Part shown: in pieces, positions 45,570 to 56,100 of the stretch
Layout of the letters: each line of letters starts with the position of its first letter
Position numbering within the stretch: position 1 is the first letter of the stretch
NCBI GenBank assembly: GCA_031419075.1
Contig: JANOKD010000069.1
Location: 2,313 to 66,312 of the forward strand
From: Lysobacterales bacterium
Lineage (GTDB): Bacteria > Pseudomonadota > Gammaproteobacteria > Xanthomonadales > Xanthomonadaceae
DNA: 64,000 bases
Reading direction: 5' to 3'
Translations under genes and position numbers: made by a program
The notes under the pieces: model-generated
Told to the model about the DNA's origin: nothing
The model's database searches: none
The model's input: the letters and a program-made list of their open reading frames with translations, nothing else

Positions 45570-46328
45570 ATGTTTCCACACGTTGTCATGCTGCAGGCCA
45601 CTGCGATCGAGCCATTGTCCGAAGCGGCGGCCACCGTCACCGCGCAGGACGGCGGTCTGAACTACCTGCAGCTGATCCTCGACGCCAGCCTGCCCGTGCA
45701 GTGCGTGATGGCGCTGTTGTTGTTGGCCTCGGTGGCGTCGTGGGTGATTATTTTCCGCAAGAAACGCGTGCTCGACCGCGCGCAGAAAGAAGCCGAAAGC
45801 TTCGAAGAACGCTTCTGGGCCGGCGGCGATCTCGGCCGGATCTATGCCGAAGCCAGCGGCCGCAAACAGCAGGTCTTCGGTCTTGAAGCGATCTTCGAGA
45901 GCGGCATGCGCGAATTCAATCGCGTCCGACAGCGTCGCGGCATGGACGCGCGCTCGCAGCTGGAAGGCGCGCAGCGCGCGATGCGCGCAACCGCGTCGCG
46001 CGAGCTGGACGGTCTGGAACACAATCTCGAATTCCTCGCCAACGTCGGCTCGATCAGTCCGTATGTCGGTCTGTTCGGTACGGTGTTGGGCATCCTGATG
46101 TCGTTCCACGGCTTGGCGACCATGAAAGAAGCGACCATCGCCAGCGTCGCGCCGGGCATCTCCGAAGCGCTGCTCGCCACCGCAATGGGCTTATTCGCAG
46201 CGATTCCTGCGGTGTGGGCCTACAACCGTTTCGCCACCCGCGCCGAGCGCCTCGCGGTGCGCTACGACACCTTCACCGAAGAGTTCTCCTCGATCCTGCA
46301 GCGGCAGGCGCATATCGAAGAGGTTTGA
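45570..46328 (+). CDS. tolQ: TolQ
   Basis: SPYVGLFGTV.GI, PGISEAL.ATA.GL. Confidence 0.95.
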   Translation: MFPHVVMLQATAIEPLSEAAATVTAQDGGLNYLQLILDASLPVQCVMALLLLASVASWVIIFRKKRVLDRAQKEAESFEERFWAGGDLGRIYAEASGRKQQVFGLEAIFESGMREFNRVRQRRGMDARSQLEGAQRAMRATASRELDGLEHNLEFLANVGSISPYVGLFGTVLGILMSFHGLATMKEATIASVAPGISEALLATAMGLFAAIPAVWAYNRFATRAERLAVRYDTFTEEFSSILQRQAHIEEV

Positions 46329-46421
46329 GGAACAGGTTTTAGTTCTGCTCGCGAAACCCCGCAGCGAGCACAAGCCCGTTGAACGCATCGCTCTGAAGTC
46401 AGCCTCATCGAGAGACATCAC

Positions 46422-46862
46422 ATGGCCGTCACCGCCTCCGGGCGCCGCATCCGCAAGCGCAAACTCAAAGCCGAGATCAACGTCGTGCCGTACATCGACG
46501 TGATGTTGGTGCTGCTGATCATCTTCATGGTGACTGCGCCGCTGCTGAATCTCGGCACCGACATCAATCTGCCGCAGTCGCGCGCGAAATCGCTTGAAAA
46601 ACCAAAGGATCCCATCGTCGTCAGCATCTACGCCGATGGCCGTTACGCACTGATGCTGGAACGCGGCAAGAACCGCGAGATGGCCGCCGCCGACATCACT
46701 GCGGAACTCAAAGCCATCCACGGTCAGAACGACAGCGCCACGGTGTTGGTCAACGGCGCGCGCGACGCCAGCTATCAGACCGTGATGCAGGGCATCGACC
46801 TCATCAAGGATGCCGGGATCACCAAGGTGAGTCTGGTCAGCCTTCCGGCGGAGGGGACATAA
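46422..46862 (+). CDS. tolR: TolR
   Basis: EINVVPYIDVMLVLLIIFMVTAP. Confidence 0.95.
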   Translation: MAVTASGRRIRKRKLKAEINVVPYIDVMLVLLIIFMVTAPLLNLGTDINLPQSRAKSLEKPKDPIVVSIYADGRYALMLERGKNREMAAADITAELKAIHGQNDSATVLVNGARDASYQTVMQGIDLIKDAGITKVSLVSLPAEGT

Positions 46863-46867
46863 GTCCG

Positions 46868-47830
46868 ATGCGCGAAAACCGCGCCGACACTGCGCTGGCC
46901 GTCGCCTTCGCGCTGCTGCTGCACGCGGTGCCGCTGATGTTGCTGCTGCTGGCCTCGCTGTGGCGTGCGCCGCCGCCGTCCACCGCGGGCGAGCCGATCA
47001 GTGCCGATGTGGTGGATGTGAACGCGCTGTCGGCCAGCATGCGCAGCGCACTGCAGCGCGAACCCGAACCGCTGGCACAGCCTTCGCCGCCCGCGCAGGC
47101 GCCGCCAGAGGCGCTCCCCGAAGAAGCGCTGCCCGAACCGCTTGAAGAATCTCTTGAATCACAGCCGCTCGAACCGCCGCCGCCCGAACAACAGCTGCAG
47201 CCGCAGGAACAACTGCCTGATCCGGACGAAGTCGATCAAGAAGAAGTGAAGCCCGATTCCGCATCGTCCGACATCGCCGCGCGCGAGCAGGAAGCGCGGC
47301 AGCGTCAGGCGCAGGTCGATCTGACCGAACGCGAGCGCCAGCAGCAGGCCGAGCAGCGCGCGCGCACCGCGATGCAGGTGGAGCGAGACCGTCAGCTCGC
47401 CGATATCCGCCGTCAGCGGGCGGCGGAGCAGCGGACGATCGATTTGTCGGCAGAAAAGCTCAGACAGATGGCCGACCGTGAAGCGCGACGCGCGTCCGAC
47501 AGCGCCGCCAACGCCAGCCCGCCGCCGGGCAACCGCGGCGTGGATCCGAATCTCAACGCCGCCTATACCAAAGCGCTGAGCGACGCGATCCGCAGCAACT
47601 GGACCCAGCCGGACAACGTGTCGTCCAGCCAAGTCTGCAAGATCGTGATCCGGCAGATTCCCGGCGGCGAAGTGATCGACGCCCAAGTGGATCCGTCCTG
47701 CCCCTACGATGAACAGGGCCGGCGCTCGGTCGAGGCTGCGGTGCTGAAGGCCCAACCGCTGCCTTATCGCGGGTTCGAGGGCGTGTTCAACCGAACCCTG
47801 ACCATCAATTTCCGGGCCGAAGACCGCTGA
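46868..47830 (+). CDS. tolA: TolA
   Basis: N-terminal TM helix with His, P/E/Q-rich stalk, C-terminal domain NW..P; position in tol cluster. Confidence 0.85.
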   Translation: MRENRADTALAVAFALLLHAVPLMLLLLASLWRAPPPSTAGEPISADVVDVNALSASMRSALQREPEPLAQPSPPAQAPPEALPEEALPEPLEESLESQPLEPPPPEQQLQPQEQLPDPDEVDQEEVKPDSASSDIAAREQEARQRQAQVDLTERERQQQAEQRARTAMQVERDRQLADIRRQRAAEQRTIDLSAEKLRQMADREARRASDSAANASPPPGNRGVDPNLNAAYTKALSDAIRSNWTQPDNVSSSQVCKIVIRQIPGGEVIDAQVDPSCPYDEQGRRSVEAAVLKAQPLPYRGFEGVFNRTLTINFRAEDR

Positions 47831-47934
47831 CACGTTCCCCGCGCGGTCTCGGGAGTCCGGGTTCGTTCATCTTTCTGACCACTTTCGCGGCCAAGCTGTC
47901 GCCTGCCGTCTCCCCCGCACCACCCGGACTGTCC

Positions 47935-49320
47935 ATGACCTCAATGCTGCTGCCGCTGAAGACCACGCTGTCGGTCAAGACGCTGTCGATCAAGACACGA
48001 TCGATCAAGACGTTCCTCTCGAAGGGTTTTCTCTGCGCGCTGTTGCTGCCCTTGTCTGCATTCGCCCAACAGCGTGGGCTTGAGATCGATATCGTCGGCG
48101 GCAACGCTTCGGCCCTGCCGATTGCAGTGGTGACCATGCCGTATCAAGGCAGCGGTACGGCGCCGTCGACCGATGTCGCTGAAGTGGTGCGCGCGGATCT
48201 GGCGCGATCCGGTCAGTTCCGGCCAATGCCCGCCGCCGAGATGGGCGCGCAGCGCCCGACCCGCGGCACCGAGATCGATTTCGCCTTCTGGCAGCAGGCA
48301 AAACAGAACTTCGTCGTGGTCGGCCGCGTCATGGATGCAGGCGATGGCGGCTATCGTGTCGAATACGAATTGTTCGATATCGGCAAGAACCGCCTGCTTG
48401 CGTTTGCGCTCACCGCGCGCGCCAACGCGATGCGCGATGTCTCGCATCAGGTCGCCGACGCCATCTACGAAAAAATCACCGGCGTGCGCGGCGCGTTCTG
48501 GACCCGTATCGCTTACATCACCGCCGCCGGCCTGGGCAAAGACACGCGCTACGCGCTGATGGTCGCCGATGCCGATGGTTACAACCCGCAGACCGTGGTG
48601 CGCTCCGACAAACCGCTGCTGTCGCCCGCGTGGAGCCCGGACGGACGCAAGCTGGCTTACGTGAGCTTCGAACGCGGCAAATCTTCTATCGTGATCCAGG
48701 ACATCGCCACCAGCGCGCGCGACACCATCGCCAGTTTCAAAGGCATCAACGGCGCGCCCAGCTTCTCGCCCGACGGCCGCAAACTGGCGATGGCGCTGTC
48801 GAAAAGCGGCAACCCTGAAATCTACGTGATGGATCTGGGCAGCCGCGCGCTGACCCAGCTCACCACTCAGTTCGCGATCGATACCGAACCGACCTGGAGT
48901 GCCGACGGCAGCCTGATCTATTTCACCTCCGATCGCGGCGGCAAGCCGCAGATCTATCAAGTCGCCGCTGCGGGCGGCGGCGCCAGCCGCGTGACGTTCC
49001 AGGGCAGCTATAACGCCAAGGTCACGGTGTCCTACGACGGCAAAAAGCTGGCCGTGGCACAGGGCAGCGGCAGCGTGTACCGTATTGCGATGCTTGATCG
49101 AAGCCTCGGCTCGCCGCGCTGGTCGATGCTTTCGCCGGGTTCGCTCGACGAATCTCCGAGCTTTGCGCCCAACGCCAGCATGGTGCTGTATGCAGCGCGT
49201 GAAGGTCGCCGCGGCGTGCTGTACGCCGTCTCTGCCGACGCCCGCGTGCGTCAGCGCCTGGTGCTTGCCAACGGCGACGTGCGCGAGCCCGCCTGGGGGC
49301 CATACCGTCTGCCGCGCTGA
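47935..49320 (+). CDS. tolB: TolB
   Basis: DLARSG, FWTRIAY, PD40 repeats (SPAWSPDG, PSFSPDG, PTWS). Confidence 0.95.
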   Translation: MTSMLLPLKTTLSVKTLSIKTRSIKTFLSKGFLCALLLPLSAFAQQRGLEIDIVGGNASALPIAVVTMPYQGSGTAPSTDVAEVVRADLARSGQFRPMPAAEMGAQRPTRGTEIDFAFWQQAKQNFVVVGRVMDAGDGGYRVEYELFDIGKNRLLAFALTARANAMRDVSHQVADAIYEKITGVRGAFWTRIAYITAAGLGKDTRYALMVADADGYNPQTVVRSDKPLLSPAWSPDGRKLAYVSFERGKSSIVIQDIATSARDTIASFKGINGAPSFSPDGRKLAMALSKSGNPEIYVMDLGSRALTQLTTQFAIDTEPTWSADGSLIYFTSDRGGKPQIYQVAAAGGGASRVTFQGSYNAKVTVSYDGKKLAVAQGSGSVYRIAMLDRSLGSPRWSMLSPGSLDESPSFAPNASMVLYAAREGRRGVLYAVSADARVRQRLVLANGDVREPAWGPYRLPR

Positions 49321-49383
49321 CCGCCACTACGCCAATTCCCATCATTCCCCCTGACTCACCCTGCGACAAAGCCGAGGACCACC

Positions 49384-49929
49384 ATGAACACGACCACCCG
49401 AGTGCTGATCACCGCGATGCTCTGCGTGACTGCCGTTGCCTGTACCAAGAAGGTCAAGGAAGATCCGGACACCACCGCCACCGACAGCACCACCTCCGGG
49501 GGCACGACCAACACCGGCACTGGCACGGTGACCGATAACGGCCCGGTCCGCACCGGCGCTTACGGCCCCAACGATCTGGACACCGATGCCTGCCTGCGTC
49601 AGCGCGTGGTGTATTTCGATCTGGATCAGGATTCCCTGAAGCCCGAATTCCAGGCCATCGTCGCCTGCCACGCCAAGTACCTGCGCGACCGCCCCAGTGC
49701 GCGGATGACGCTTGAAGCCCACGCCGACGAACGCGGCAGCCGCGAATACAACACCGGCCTCAGCGAACGTCGCGGTAATGCGGTGTCGTCTTCGGTTCAG
49801 GCCAACGGTGGCTCAGGCAGCCAGATGAGCGTGCTTGCGTACGGCGAAGAACAGCCAAGCTGCACAGACTCCAACGAAGACTGCTGGGGACGCAACCGCC
49901 GTGTCGAGATCGTCTACACCGCGAAGTAA
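49384..49929 (+). CDS. pal: Peptidoglycan-associated lipoprotein Pal
   Basis: Lipobox AVAC, VYFD.D, HADERGSREYN, GEE.P, NRRVE. Confidence 0.95.
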   Translation: MNTTTRVLITAMLCVTAVACTKKVKEDPDTTATDSTTSGGTTNTGTGTVTDNGPVRTGAYGPNDLDTDACLRQRVVYFDLDQDSLKPEFQAIVACHAKYLRDRPSARMTLEAHADERGSREYNTGLSERRGNAVSSSVQANGGSGSQMSVLAYGEEQPSCTDSNEDCWGRNRRVEIVYTAK

Positions 49930-50045
49930 TGCGCTTGATCGTGCGGGGCATCTTCACCGATGCCCCGTCGCGCCTTTACGCGGTCCGGGTTGACCGGCAC
50001 CGCAGTCTTGATCGAATACCTTTCGTTTGGGCCCTAACTATCGTG

Positions 50046-50870
50046 ATGATCAGACGTCTGTCGTTGTCCGCCTGCCTTGTGCTTGCATTGATATTCGCCG
50101 CGCCTGTCTCCGCGCAGCGCGTGAGCACGGGTGATCGCCTCACCGCGCTTGAACAACAGCTCACCTCGATGCGTTCGGGCAATCTCGACCTGCTCAATCA
50201 GGTCGGTGAGCTGAAAACCGAAGTGCAGTCGCTGCGCGCGCAGATCGAAGAACTGCAGCAGCAGCTCGATCAGCAGAAGCAGACTGGGCGCACCCAATAT
50301 CTCGACCTCGACGGTCGTCTCAATCGTCTCGAAAGCGGCCCCGCACCGCCGGATGCCCTGCCGACACCCAGTGCCTCCATTCCCGCGACGGTGACGCCGT
50401 CGGCCGCCATCGTGCCGCCGCCCGCCGTGCAGGACACGCCGCCAAGGGTGTACGGCGATGCCGCAACCCTCGGCAAAAGCGTCGATGAGCGCAGCGCCTA
50501 CAACACCGCGTTCGATGCCCTGAAGGCTGGCCGCTATTCCGAATCCGCACGGATGTTCCAGGCCTTTCTCGACGCACATCCCAACGGCGCCTACGGCCCG
50601 AACGCGATGTATTGGCTGGGGGAAAGTTATTACGTCACCCAGAACTACGCGCTGGCCCAGGAACAGTTTCAGAACCTGTTGGATCGCCATGCCACTCACG
50701 ACAAAGCTGCGGGCGCACTGCTGAAAGTGGGGCTGTGCCAGTACGGCCTGCGTCAGCTCGACGCCGCCGAAGCGACGCTGGGCCAAGTGCTGGCGCGCTA
50801 CCCCGGCAGCGAAGCGGCGCGCACTGCCGACGACCGCCTGCGCGCGATCCAACTGTCGCGGGTGCGTTGA
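50046..50870 (+). CDS. cpoB: Cell division coordinator CpoB (YbgF)
   Basis: Signal peptide, coiled coil, TPR (YWLGE, ALLKVG); follows pal. Confidence 0.92.
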   Translation: MIRRLSLSACLVLALIFAAPVSAQRVSTGDRLTALEQQLTSMRSGNLDLLNQVGELKTEVQSLRAQIEELQQQLDQQKQTGRTQYLDLDGRLNRLESGPAPPDALPTPSASIPATVTPSAAIVPPPAVQDTPPRVYGDAATLGKSVDERSAYNTAFDALKAGRYSESARMFQAFLDAHPNGAYGPNAMYWLGESYYVTQNYALAQEQFQNLLDRHATHDKAAGALLKVGLCQYGLRQLDAAEATLGQVLARYPGSEAARTADDRLRAIQLSRVR

Positions 50871-50875
50871 TACAG

Positions 50876-51116
50876 GTAGAGCAAAGCTTCGGGCTTGGTT
50901 CTGGTAGAGCCGAGCGCCGCGCCGCTCCACTTGGTTCCAAGCACCAGACATCGTGAATAGGGTGTGCCTTCGGCGCACCGCCCTTGCGATATGTGCGAAA
51001 AGCCGGTGCGCCAAGGCACACCCTATTGAGCTGACAGTCTGGCGGAGCTGGGTTTCGCTCTACAAACAGGCCATCCGTTTTGCGAAAAGGTGCAGTGGAG
51101 TTGCGCTCTGCTCTAC
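50876..51116. repeat. Nested GTAG-type REP cluster
   Basis: Two GTAGAGC-headed units (50876, 50904), inner TAGGGTG doublet (50958-51025), two GCTCTAC-ended units (to 51063 and 51116). Confidence 0.75.
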
Positions 51117-51145
51117 AAAAGCCGTGGAATCGCTAAAATGCTGCG

Positions 51146-51823
51146 ATGAACACCGTCGCTCCCGCTGAGCCAGCCGCAATCGCGGACCGCCTCAAGATCA
51201 CCGAAATTTTTCTGTCGCTGCAGGGCGAAGCTCGCGATGCCGGCTGGCCAACGGTGTTCGTGCGCCTGACCGGCTGCCCGCTGCGCTGCCAGTATTGCGA
51301 TACCGCGTATGCGTTTTTTGGCGGTGTCTGGTGTGGCATCGACGAGATTCTGTCTGAAGTCGCCAGCTACGGCGTACGCCATGTCTGTGTCACCGGCGGC
51401 GAACCGCTGGCCCAGAAACGCTGCCTCGATCTGCTGCGCCGTCTGTGCGATGACGGCTATCAGGTGTCGCTGGAAACCTCCGGTGCGATTGATATCTCCG
51501 ACGTCGATCAGCGCGTCTCGCGCGTCGTCGACATCAAGACGCCCGGTTCCGCCGAAGTGGCGCGCAATCGCTGGGAGAATCTGCCGCTGCTGACCGCGCA
51601 CGATCAGATCAAGTTCGTCATCTGCAGCCGCGAAGACTACGACTGGGCGTGCGGCATCGTTGCCGAACACCGATTGAGCGCACGCTGCGACGTGCTGTTT
51701 TCGCCAAGCAAGAGCGACATTTCCGCGCGCGATCTCGCCGACTGGATCGTGCAGGATCGTCTGCCGGTGAAGTTTCAGATGCAGTTGCACAAGATCCTCT
51801 GGAACGACGAGCCGGGCAGGTGA
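51146..51823 (+). CDS. queE: 7-carboxy-7-deazaguanine synthase
   Basis: SLQGE, CPLRCQYCD radical-SAM motif, TGGEP, QLHK. Confidence 0.95.
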   Translation: MNTVAPAEPAAIADRLKITEIFLSLQGEARDAGWPTVFVRLTGCPLRCQYCDTAYAFFGGVWCGIDEILSEVASYGVRHVCVTGGEPLAQKRCLDLLRRLCDDGYQVSLETSGAIDISDVDQRVSRVVDIKTPGSAEVARNRWENLPLLTAHDQIKFVICSREDYDWACGIVAEHRLSARCDVLFSPSKSDISARDLADWIVQDRLPVKFQMQLHKILWNDEPGR

Positions 51824-51846
51824 TATCTGCCGGAGTGTTTTTTTCC

Positions 51847-51922
51847 TGTCAGCCCGAGGAGGGATCTGCTGTTGGCTTCAGGAAAAGGACAAGCAGATCC
51901 CTCACGTTCGTTCGGGATGACA
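51847..51922. repeat. Shortened TGTC hairpin doublet
   Basis: GAGGGATCTGCT ... AGCAGATCCCTC ... TTCGGGATGACA. Confidence 0.75.
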
Positions 51923-51987
51923 ACTGGGTTTTCGTGTCATCACCCCATGTTCCGTACATGGCGGTCCCCAATCCTTAATCTTTGAAT

Positions 51988-52683
51988 ATGTCGCCCATGA
52001 AACCCGCCGTTATTCTCGTCTCAGGAGGCATGGACTCCGCCGTCGTGCTCGCCATCGCCCGCGAACAGGGCTTCGCGGCACACGCGCTCAGCGTGCGCTA
52101 CGGCCAACGCCATACGTCCGAACTCGACGCAGCCGTGCGCGTCGCCAACGCGCTGGGTGCGGTCGCGCATAAAACCGTGAACGTCGATCTGCGCAGCCTG
52201 GGCGGCTCCGCCCTCACCGACGACATCGCGGTGCCGGTCGACACCGACGGCCACATCATCGGCGCCGATATTCCGGTTACCTACGTGCCGGCGCGCAACA
52301 CCATCATGCTGTCGGTCGCGCTGGGCTGGGCCGAAGTGCTGGGCGCCACCGATTTGTTCTGCGGCGTCAATGCGGTCGACTACTCGGGCTATCCCGACTG
52401 CCGCCCCGAGTTCATCGCCGGCTTCGAGGCGCTGGCCAATCTCGCCACCAAGGCCGGCGTCGAGGGCGCGGGCTTCCGCGTCCACGCCCCGCTGATGCGC
52501 ATGACCAAGGGCGATATCGTCCACGAAGGCCTGCGCCTGGGCGTGGATTTCGCGCAGACCGTGTCCTGCTATCAGGCGGATGCCGATGGCCGCGCCTGCC
52601 GCCACTGCGACGCCTGCCGCCTCCGCGCCGAGGGGTTTGAGACTGCCGGCGTAGCCGATCCAACTCGATACGTCACAGGCTGA
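51988..52683 (+). CDS. queC: 7-cyano-7-deazaguanine synthase
   Basis: SGGMDS, YGQRH, TYVPARN, YPDCR, SCY...C..CD.C. Confidence 0.96.
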   Translation: MSPMKPAVILVSGGMDSAVVLAIAREQGFAAHALSVRYGQRHTSELDAAVRVANALGAVAHKTVNVDLRSLGGSALTDDIAVPVDTDGHIIGADIPVTYVPARNTIMLSVALGWAEVLGATDLFCGVNAVDYSGYPDCRPEFIAGFEALANLATKAGVEGAGFRVHAPLMRMTKGDIVHEGLRLGVDFAQTVSCYQADADGRACRHCDACRLRAEGFETAGVADPTRYVTG

Positions 52684-52704
52684 CCCATTCGCCGCGGTTT
52701 GGGC

Positions 52705-52710
52705 TAAAAT
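52705..52710 (+). promoter_or_regulatory. Putative sigma-70 -10 box of the tRNA promoter
   Basis: TAAAAT followed by a GC-rich discriminator; the same TAAAAT occurs upstream of the ABC-F gene (22953), aspS (36691), yebC (39832) and queE (51134). Confidence 0.55.
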
Positions 52711-52765
52711 GCGCGCCCCGGTGCAACGCCGGGTGGCCGGAAGGCCGGAGATGCAGATCACATGT

Positions 52766-52841
52766 GGGCCGTTAGCTCAGTCGGTAGAGCAGAAGACTTT
52801 TAATCTTTTGGTCGAAGGTTCGAATCCTTCACGGCCCACCA
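52766..52841 (+). tRNA. tRNA-Lys (anticodon TTT)
   Basis: 76 nt GGGCCGT...ACGGCCC ACCA acceptor stem, D-arm GCTCAGTCGGTAGAGC, anticodon loop CTTTTAA, T-loop GGTTCGAATCC. Confidence 0.96.
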
Positions 52842-52932
52842 CTTTCCTCATCCTTCAAAGCACTGGCGATTGATTGTTGTCAGCCGCGGGCGCGGCATTG
52901 TTCTTATCGCGGCGTGAGGGTCTGCTCAGGCC

Positions 52933-52957
52933 GGTTCGAATCCTTCACGGCCCACCA
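52933..52957 (+). repeat. 25-bp exact copy of the tRNA-Lys 3' end (att-like)
   Basis: GGTTCGAATCCTTCACGGCCCACCA identical to 52817-52841. Confidence 0.9.
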
Positions 52958-53174
52958 TTCCCACTTCAAATAATCGAACTGCGGGCGATGCGTTCATCGT
53001 CTGCTGCGGCGCGGCATAGTTTCATGGCCCGATCGACCCATAGCGTCGCTCCCGATCGGTATCGCAATGGGCGCATCCTCACGACGCGGGTGGGCAAAAG
53101 AAGCGTGACAGATCTCTACTTTTGAGATTGCGCAGACCTATACTTCGGCAGAGCAAAGGACAGGAAACTAAGCG

Positions 53175-56100
53175 ATGCGAAACCGGCAAGGGGGCGCCGT
53201 TCGGCGCAATCGCGCGATCGGGATGACGGGCGGCGGCAGGATTCGGAATCGCGCGCGAGTCGGGTTCGCGACGATGCTGCTTACCGTGCTGGTCGGCTTG
53301 GGGCATCCGGGCACATTTCCCAGCAGTTATGCGCAGGCCGCGACGATTCCGTTCGATCTGATCGGCGACCAGACGCCGGTGAGTCTGCTGGGGCAATTGC
53401 CGGCCCACGACGCCACGGTCGGTCGGCTTGCGGGGTCTGCCAGCGTCTCCGGTGATGCGGCCAGTTACGAGATTCCGATTGCAGTCCCGCCCGGGCGTCG
53501 CGGTATGCAGCCGGGCGTTTCACTCAATTACAGCAGTCGCGCAGGTAACGGTATCGCCGGTATGGGCTGGTCGTTGTCGGGTCTGTCGTCGCTGCATCGC
53601 TGCCCGCAGACATTGGAACAGGATGAGCAAATCCGTGCGGTGCAGCTTGATGCCAGTGACCGGCTCTGCCTCGACGGTCAGCGCCTGATTCTCACCAGCG
53701 GCACGTATGGTGCGGTCAACGCCACCTACGGCACCGAAATGGAGTCGTTTGTCCGCGTGACCCAGGTTGGCGGCAACCTCACTTCGGCCACCAGCTATTT
53801 CAAGGTCGAGCGCAAATCCGGCGAGATCGCGTATTACGGCAATACCAGTGCTGCAGCCTCGCCCGCGCGGGTGGTGCCCGGTGGAGTAAGCCTGCCGCTC
53901 ACTTGGATGATCGCCCGCGTCGAAGACCGCGTTGGCAACGCCATGCACTACGCCTACACCAGTCACGGCGATGGCGAGACCTTGATCAACGCGATCTGGT
54001 ACACCGGCACGCTAACGACAGTGGGTGACCGCCGCGTGGCGTTCACCTACGAGGACCGCCCGACCGGCGCCGGCAGCAACGACCGATCATCGTCGTATCT
54101 GGCCGGCGGCATCACCCGGCAGACCAAGCGTCTGACCGCAGTGACGACGTTCGCGGGCAGTGAGTCGGTGCGCAACTACACGTTGAGCTATGGTCCGGTC
54201 AGCACCACTACCGGACGCAGCCTTCTGCAATCGGTGACGGACTGCGCCCACGACGGCACCACTTGGCTCTGCAAACCGCCAACGATGTTCGCGTGGCAGC
54301 AGGGGCCGGTGACGCATTCGATGAAGATGCCGAGCCTCTCGCTGGGCACCGGTGCGGATGTGACGGGGCTGCAACCAGTCGGCGATATGGACGGCGACGG
54401 CGCGACCGAATTGATCGCCGGCAGCCGCAGCGGCAGCGTGCTGACCACTTATCTGGTGTCGTTGACGCCCGAGCGCACCGTGCGCTGGTCGATGGCGATT
54501 CCGCCGCAGTACGGCATGATCGATTTACGCCAGGGTTCGGCGGATTTCAATCAGGACGGGCGGGTGGATTTCGTGGCCCGTGACAGCAGTAGTGGCACTG
54601 TCGTGGTGCGGGCCTGGAGCGGTTCTCCCACCGATACCAATTTCTCGACCGCGTTCGGTACGGTCTTCGACACAGGCATTGCGGTCACCGGTGCTGGCAG
54701 CGGCATTCATGGCCTCAAGCATGTCGGTGATATGGATGGCGACGGCCGTGCGGATATTGTGTTGACCAAAAACTACGGCGGCACCGGCAACTGTGCGGCC
54801 AAGGTGCACATCTATCGCAACACCCCCAACGGTGCGTTGCCGCCGACCTTTCCGGAAGTGGCGTCGCACTGCCTGAGCGTGCAGCACATTTACGACGCGA
54901 TGTACGAGGGTGAAGTGCTGCAGGGCGTGCGTGATTTCAATGGCGACGGCCTGCCCGACCTGCTGATCGAATCGACGTTGGAGTTCTGGCCGGTTCCGAT
55001 CGGTTCGGAGAAGGGCCGCAAGCTTGACCGGGTGGTGTTCGGCAGCAAGAGCGGGAGCATCTACACGCTGGCGCAGGTCCAGTTCCCGAGCCTGTTTCAA
55101 ACTGCCTATCCGCGTACCACCGCCGAGGCCGAGTCCGGCCTGTATTCGCAGTGGATCGATGCCAACGGCGACGGCTTGGACGACTGGCTGTATGCGCGTC
55201 ATGACAGCACCGTGGGTGGGCCGCGCTGGTTCCTGCGCTACAACCGCGGCGGCATGCTGGGTCAGATTTATCCGCTCAACAGCTCTGCAGGTCTGGTGGG
55301 TTGCGGCGATGGCACCAGTCTTGGCAACTCGCACTGCGCCCAAGTCTGGCAGCCGTGGCAGGCACAGCATCTCTCGCCCGGCGATCAAGACGGCGACGGT
55401 CGCAGCGAACTGCTGTTTCCCGGCGCTTTCGCAGCCAACATCTGCACCTACAAATACGTCGACAACGGTGCGTGTCCGGGCGGCGATGGCGTAGGCTGGG
55501 CGTGCCAGGAACGCTGGGTTTGCCCGGAAGACCCGCTCACCGGTCAACCCATTCCCGGCGGCGCCGGCACTGGCGTGTCGGTGGATATGGACGGCAACGG
55601 CTTTGCCGAGACCGTGGTCAATCAGTTGTCTGTCGGCTCGCACGCCAAGGGGTGGACCGATTACAGCAGCTATAAGCAGACGGCGCTGCGCATCGTCGAG
55701 AGCGCTAGCGGTGCGCCGGTGGTCAGCGAAGTGCCGACTGGAGTCATCTCCGGTGCGCTGGATCTACCTTCTGAGGACCTCTACGGCGACGGCCAGACCG
55801 ACGGCCTGCTGATGAGCTCACCCGAGTTCGCCCTGCGCGATTCGTTCGGTTTGCTCAGCTCGCGTGGCGGCGTGACGGTGTCTGCAGCGGTGTCGCCGCA
55901 GACCTTCCCTGGCGGCCTGCCGATTCTCACCGGCAATGTGCTGATCAACGAAAACGAAGGCCCTGCGGCACTGAAGAACCTTGACGGCATCACCCCGCAG
56001 ACGCAAGACATGCTGCAGATGGTCACCGACGGCTTCGGCCAGCAAGTGGTGTGGAGTTATTCGCCCTTGGCGGGCAAGGCTGGGCGCACGGCGGGAATGA

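Noticed and set aside
51824-51990. Possible preQ1 riboswitch upstream of queC
   Set aside because: No preQ1 consensus visible; the spacer is occupied by a TGTC REP doublet.
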